A model generated the notes under the pieces. That model saw only the letters and a program-made list of their open reading frames with translations, did not search any database and was not told where the DNA came from. DNA of 64,000 nt. It comes from Mustelus asterias. Lineage: Eukaryota. This document shows, in pieces, positions 63,291 to 64,000 of the stretch (its first letter is position 1; each line of letters begins with the position of its first letter). The DNA lies in assembly GCF_964213995.1 (NCBI RefSeq), contig NC_135812.1:58280001-58344000 (forward strand), written 5' to 3'. Position numbers and translations under genes: made by a program.

Positions 63291-63795
63291 TGATGTACCA
63301 AAGATCAGAGCAACGCCTTTGGAGAGACAAGTGGAAACTGCTGGGAGCTGGAAAATGCCATCAAACTCCATGTAATGCTGATTGGCCCTTGCTGTGTTGC
63401 AATACTAGGCTATCTGACAGGGCACAGTGTCACAGCTGAACCCACTCTTGCCCTCACCCAAGACCTGTTCATATACTTCTCCAAATGACCACTGTTTTTT
63501 AATTTGTGTATGGGATTTGGGCACTGCTGGCAAGGGCAGCATTTATCACCCATAGCTAAGATAGGGAGTTAGGCAGACTATAGGGAGCAGAAGCTGAGTC
63601 TTTCCTGATGCATTCAAACAAGGGCTTTCCAGCAGCATAAGTGACCAGGAACAGAAACTGTGGCTCATTATCCTTCCACTGATCTCTCTCAAACCAAGGG
63701 TTGGGTTATACTATTCCAGCTCTGGCTCACGCTGGAGATCAGCTGAGACCAAGGATAAACTGCCCATAAAACCTTTCCAGAGCAACCACAGATCT

Positions 63796-63935
63796 GTGCT
63801 GTACCTGGCCTGAGTATGTTTGATAGGGATAGTGTAGAGGGAGCTTTACTCTGTATCTAACCCCGTGCTGTACCTATCCTGGGAGCATTTGATGGGGACA
63901 GTGTAGCAGGAGCTTTACTCTGTTCATAACCCATC
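63796..63935. repeat. Two copies of a ~68-bp unit (GTGCTGTACCT...GGAGCTTTACTCTGTATCTAACCC)
   Basis: Direct duplication; resembles a satellite I recall as common in shark genomes. Confidence 0.7.
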
Positions 63936-64000
63936 CTCTTATGTTTCGATCCTTGTCAGTGGACAGAAACAAGGTTACACTAATTGGTCTAAGACTCAGG

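Overview
This is eukaryotic, repeat-rich genomic DNA. The SINE, LINE and Penelope families point to a cartilaginous fish (shark); the species was not determined. Genes: a spliced minus-strand IAP gene best matching BIRC7/livin (BIR, UBA, RING; six exons placed by splice phase between 15131 and 37219, one linker exon unresolved); a head-to-head pair of domain-less C2H2 zinc-finger genes (8 and 12 fingers) sharing a CpG-island promoter; a decayed ZNF paralog with its own mirrored promoter; and a CpG-island promoter at the left edge. The rest is V-domain tRNA-SINEs, CR1/L2-group LINEs, a Gypsy RT remnant, Penelope elements with minimal hammerhead ribozymes, a hAT deletion derivative and several large minisatellites that create the long spurious ORFs. 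The most notable item is a TSD-flanked 333-bp retro-insertion made of U2 snRNA nt 1-39 plus a structured A-tailed body that carries a second U2 stem-loop-I mimic; a headless sister copy lies 0.7 kb away. All family assignments come from recalled motifs, not database searches.
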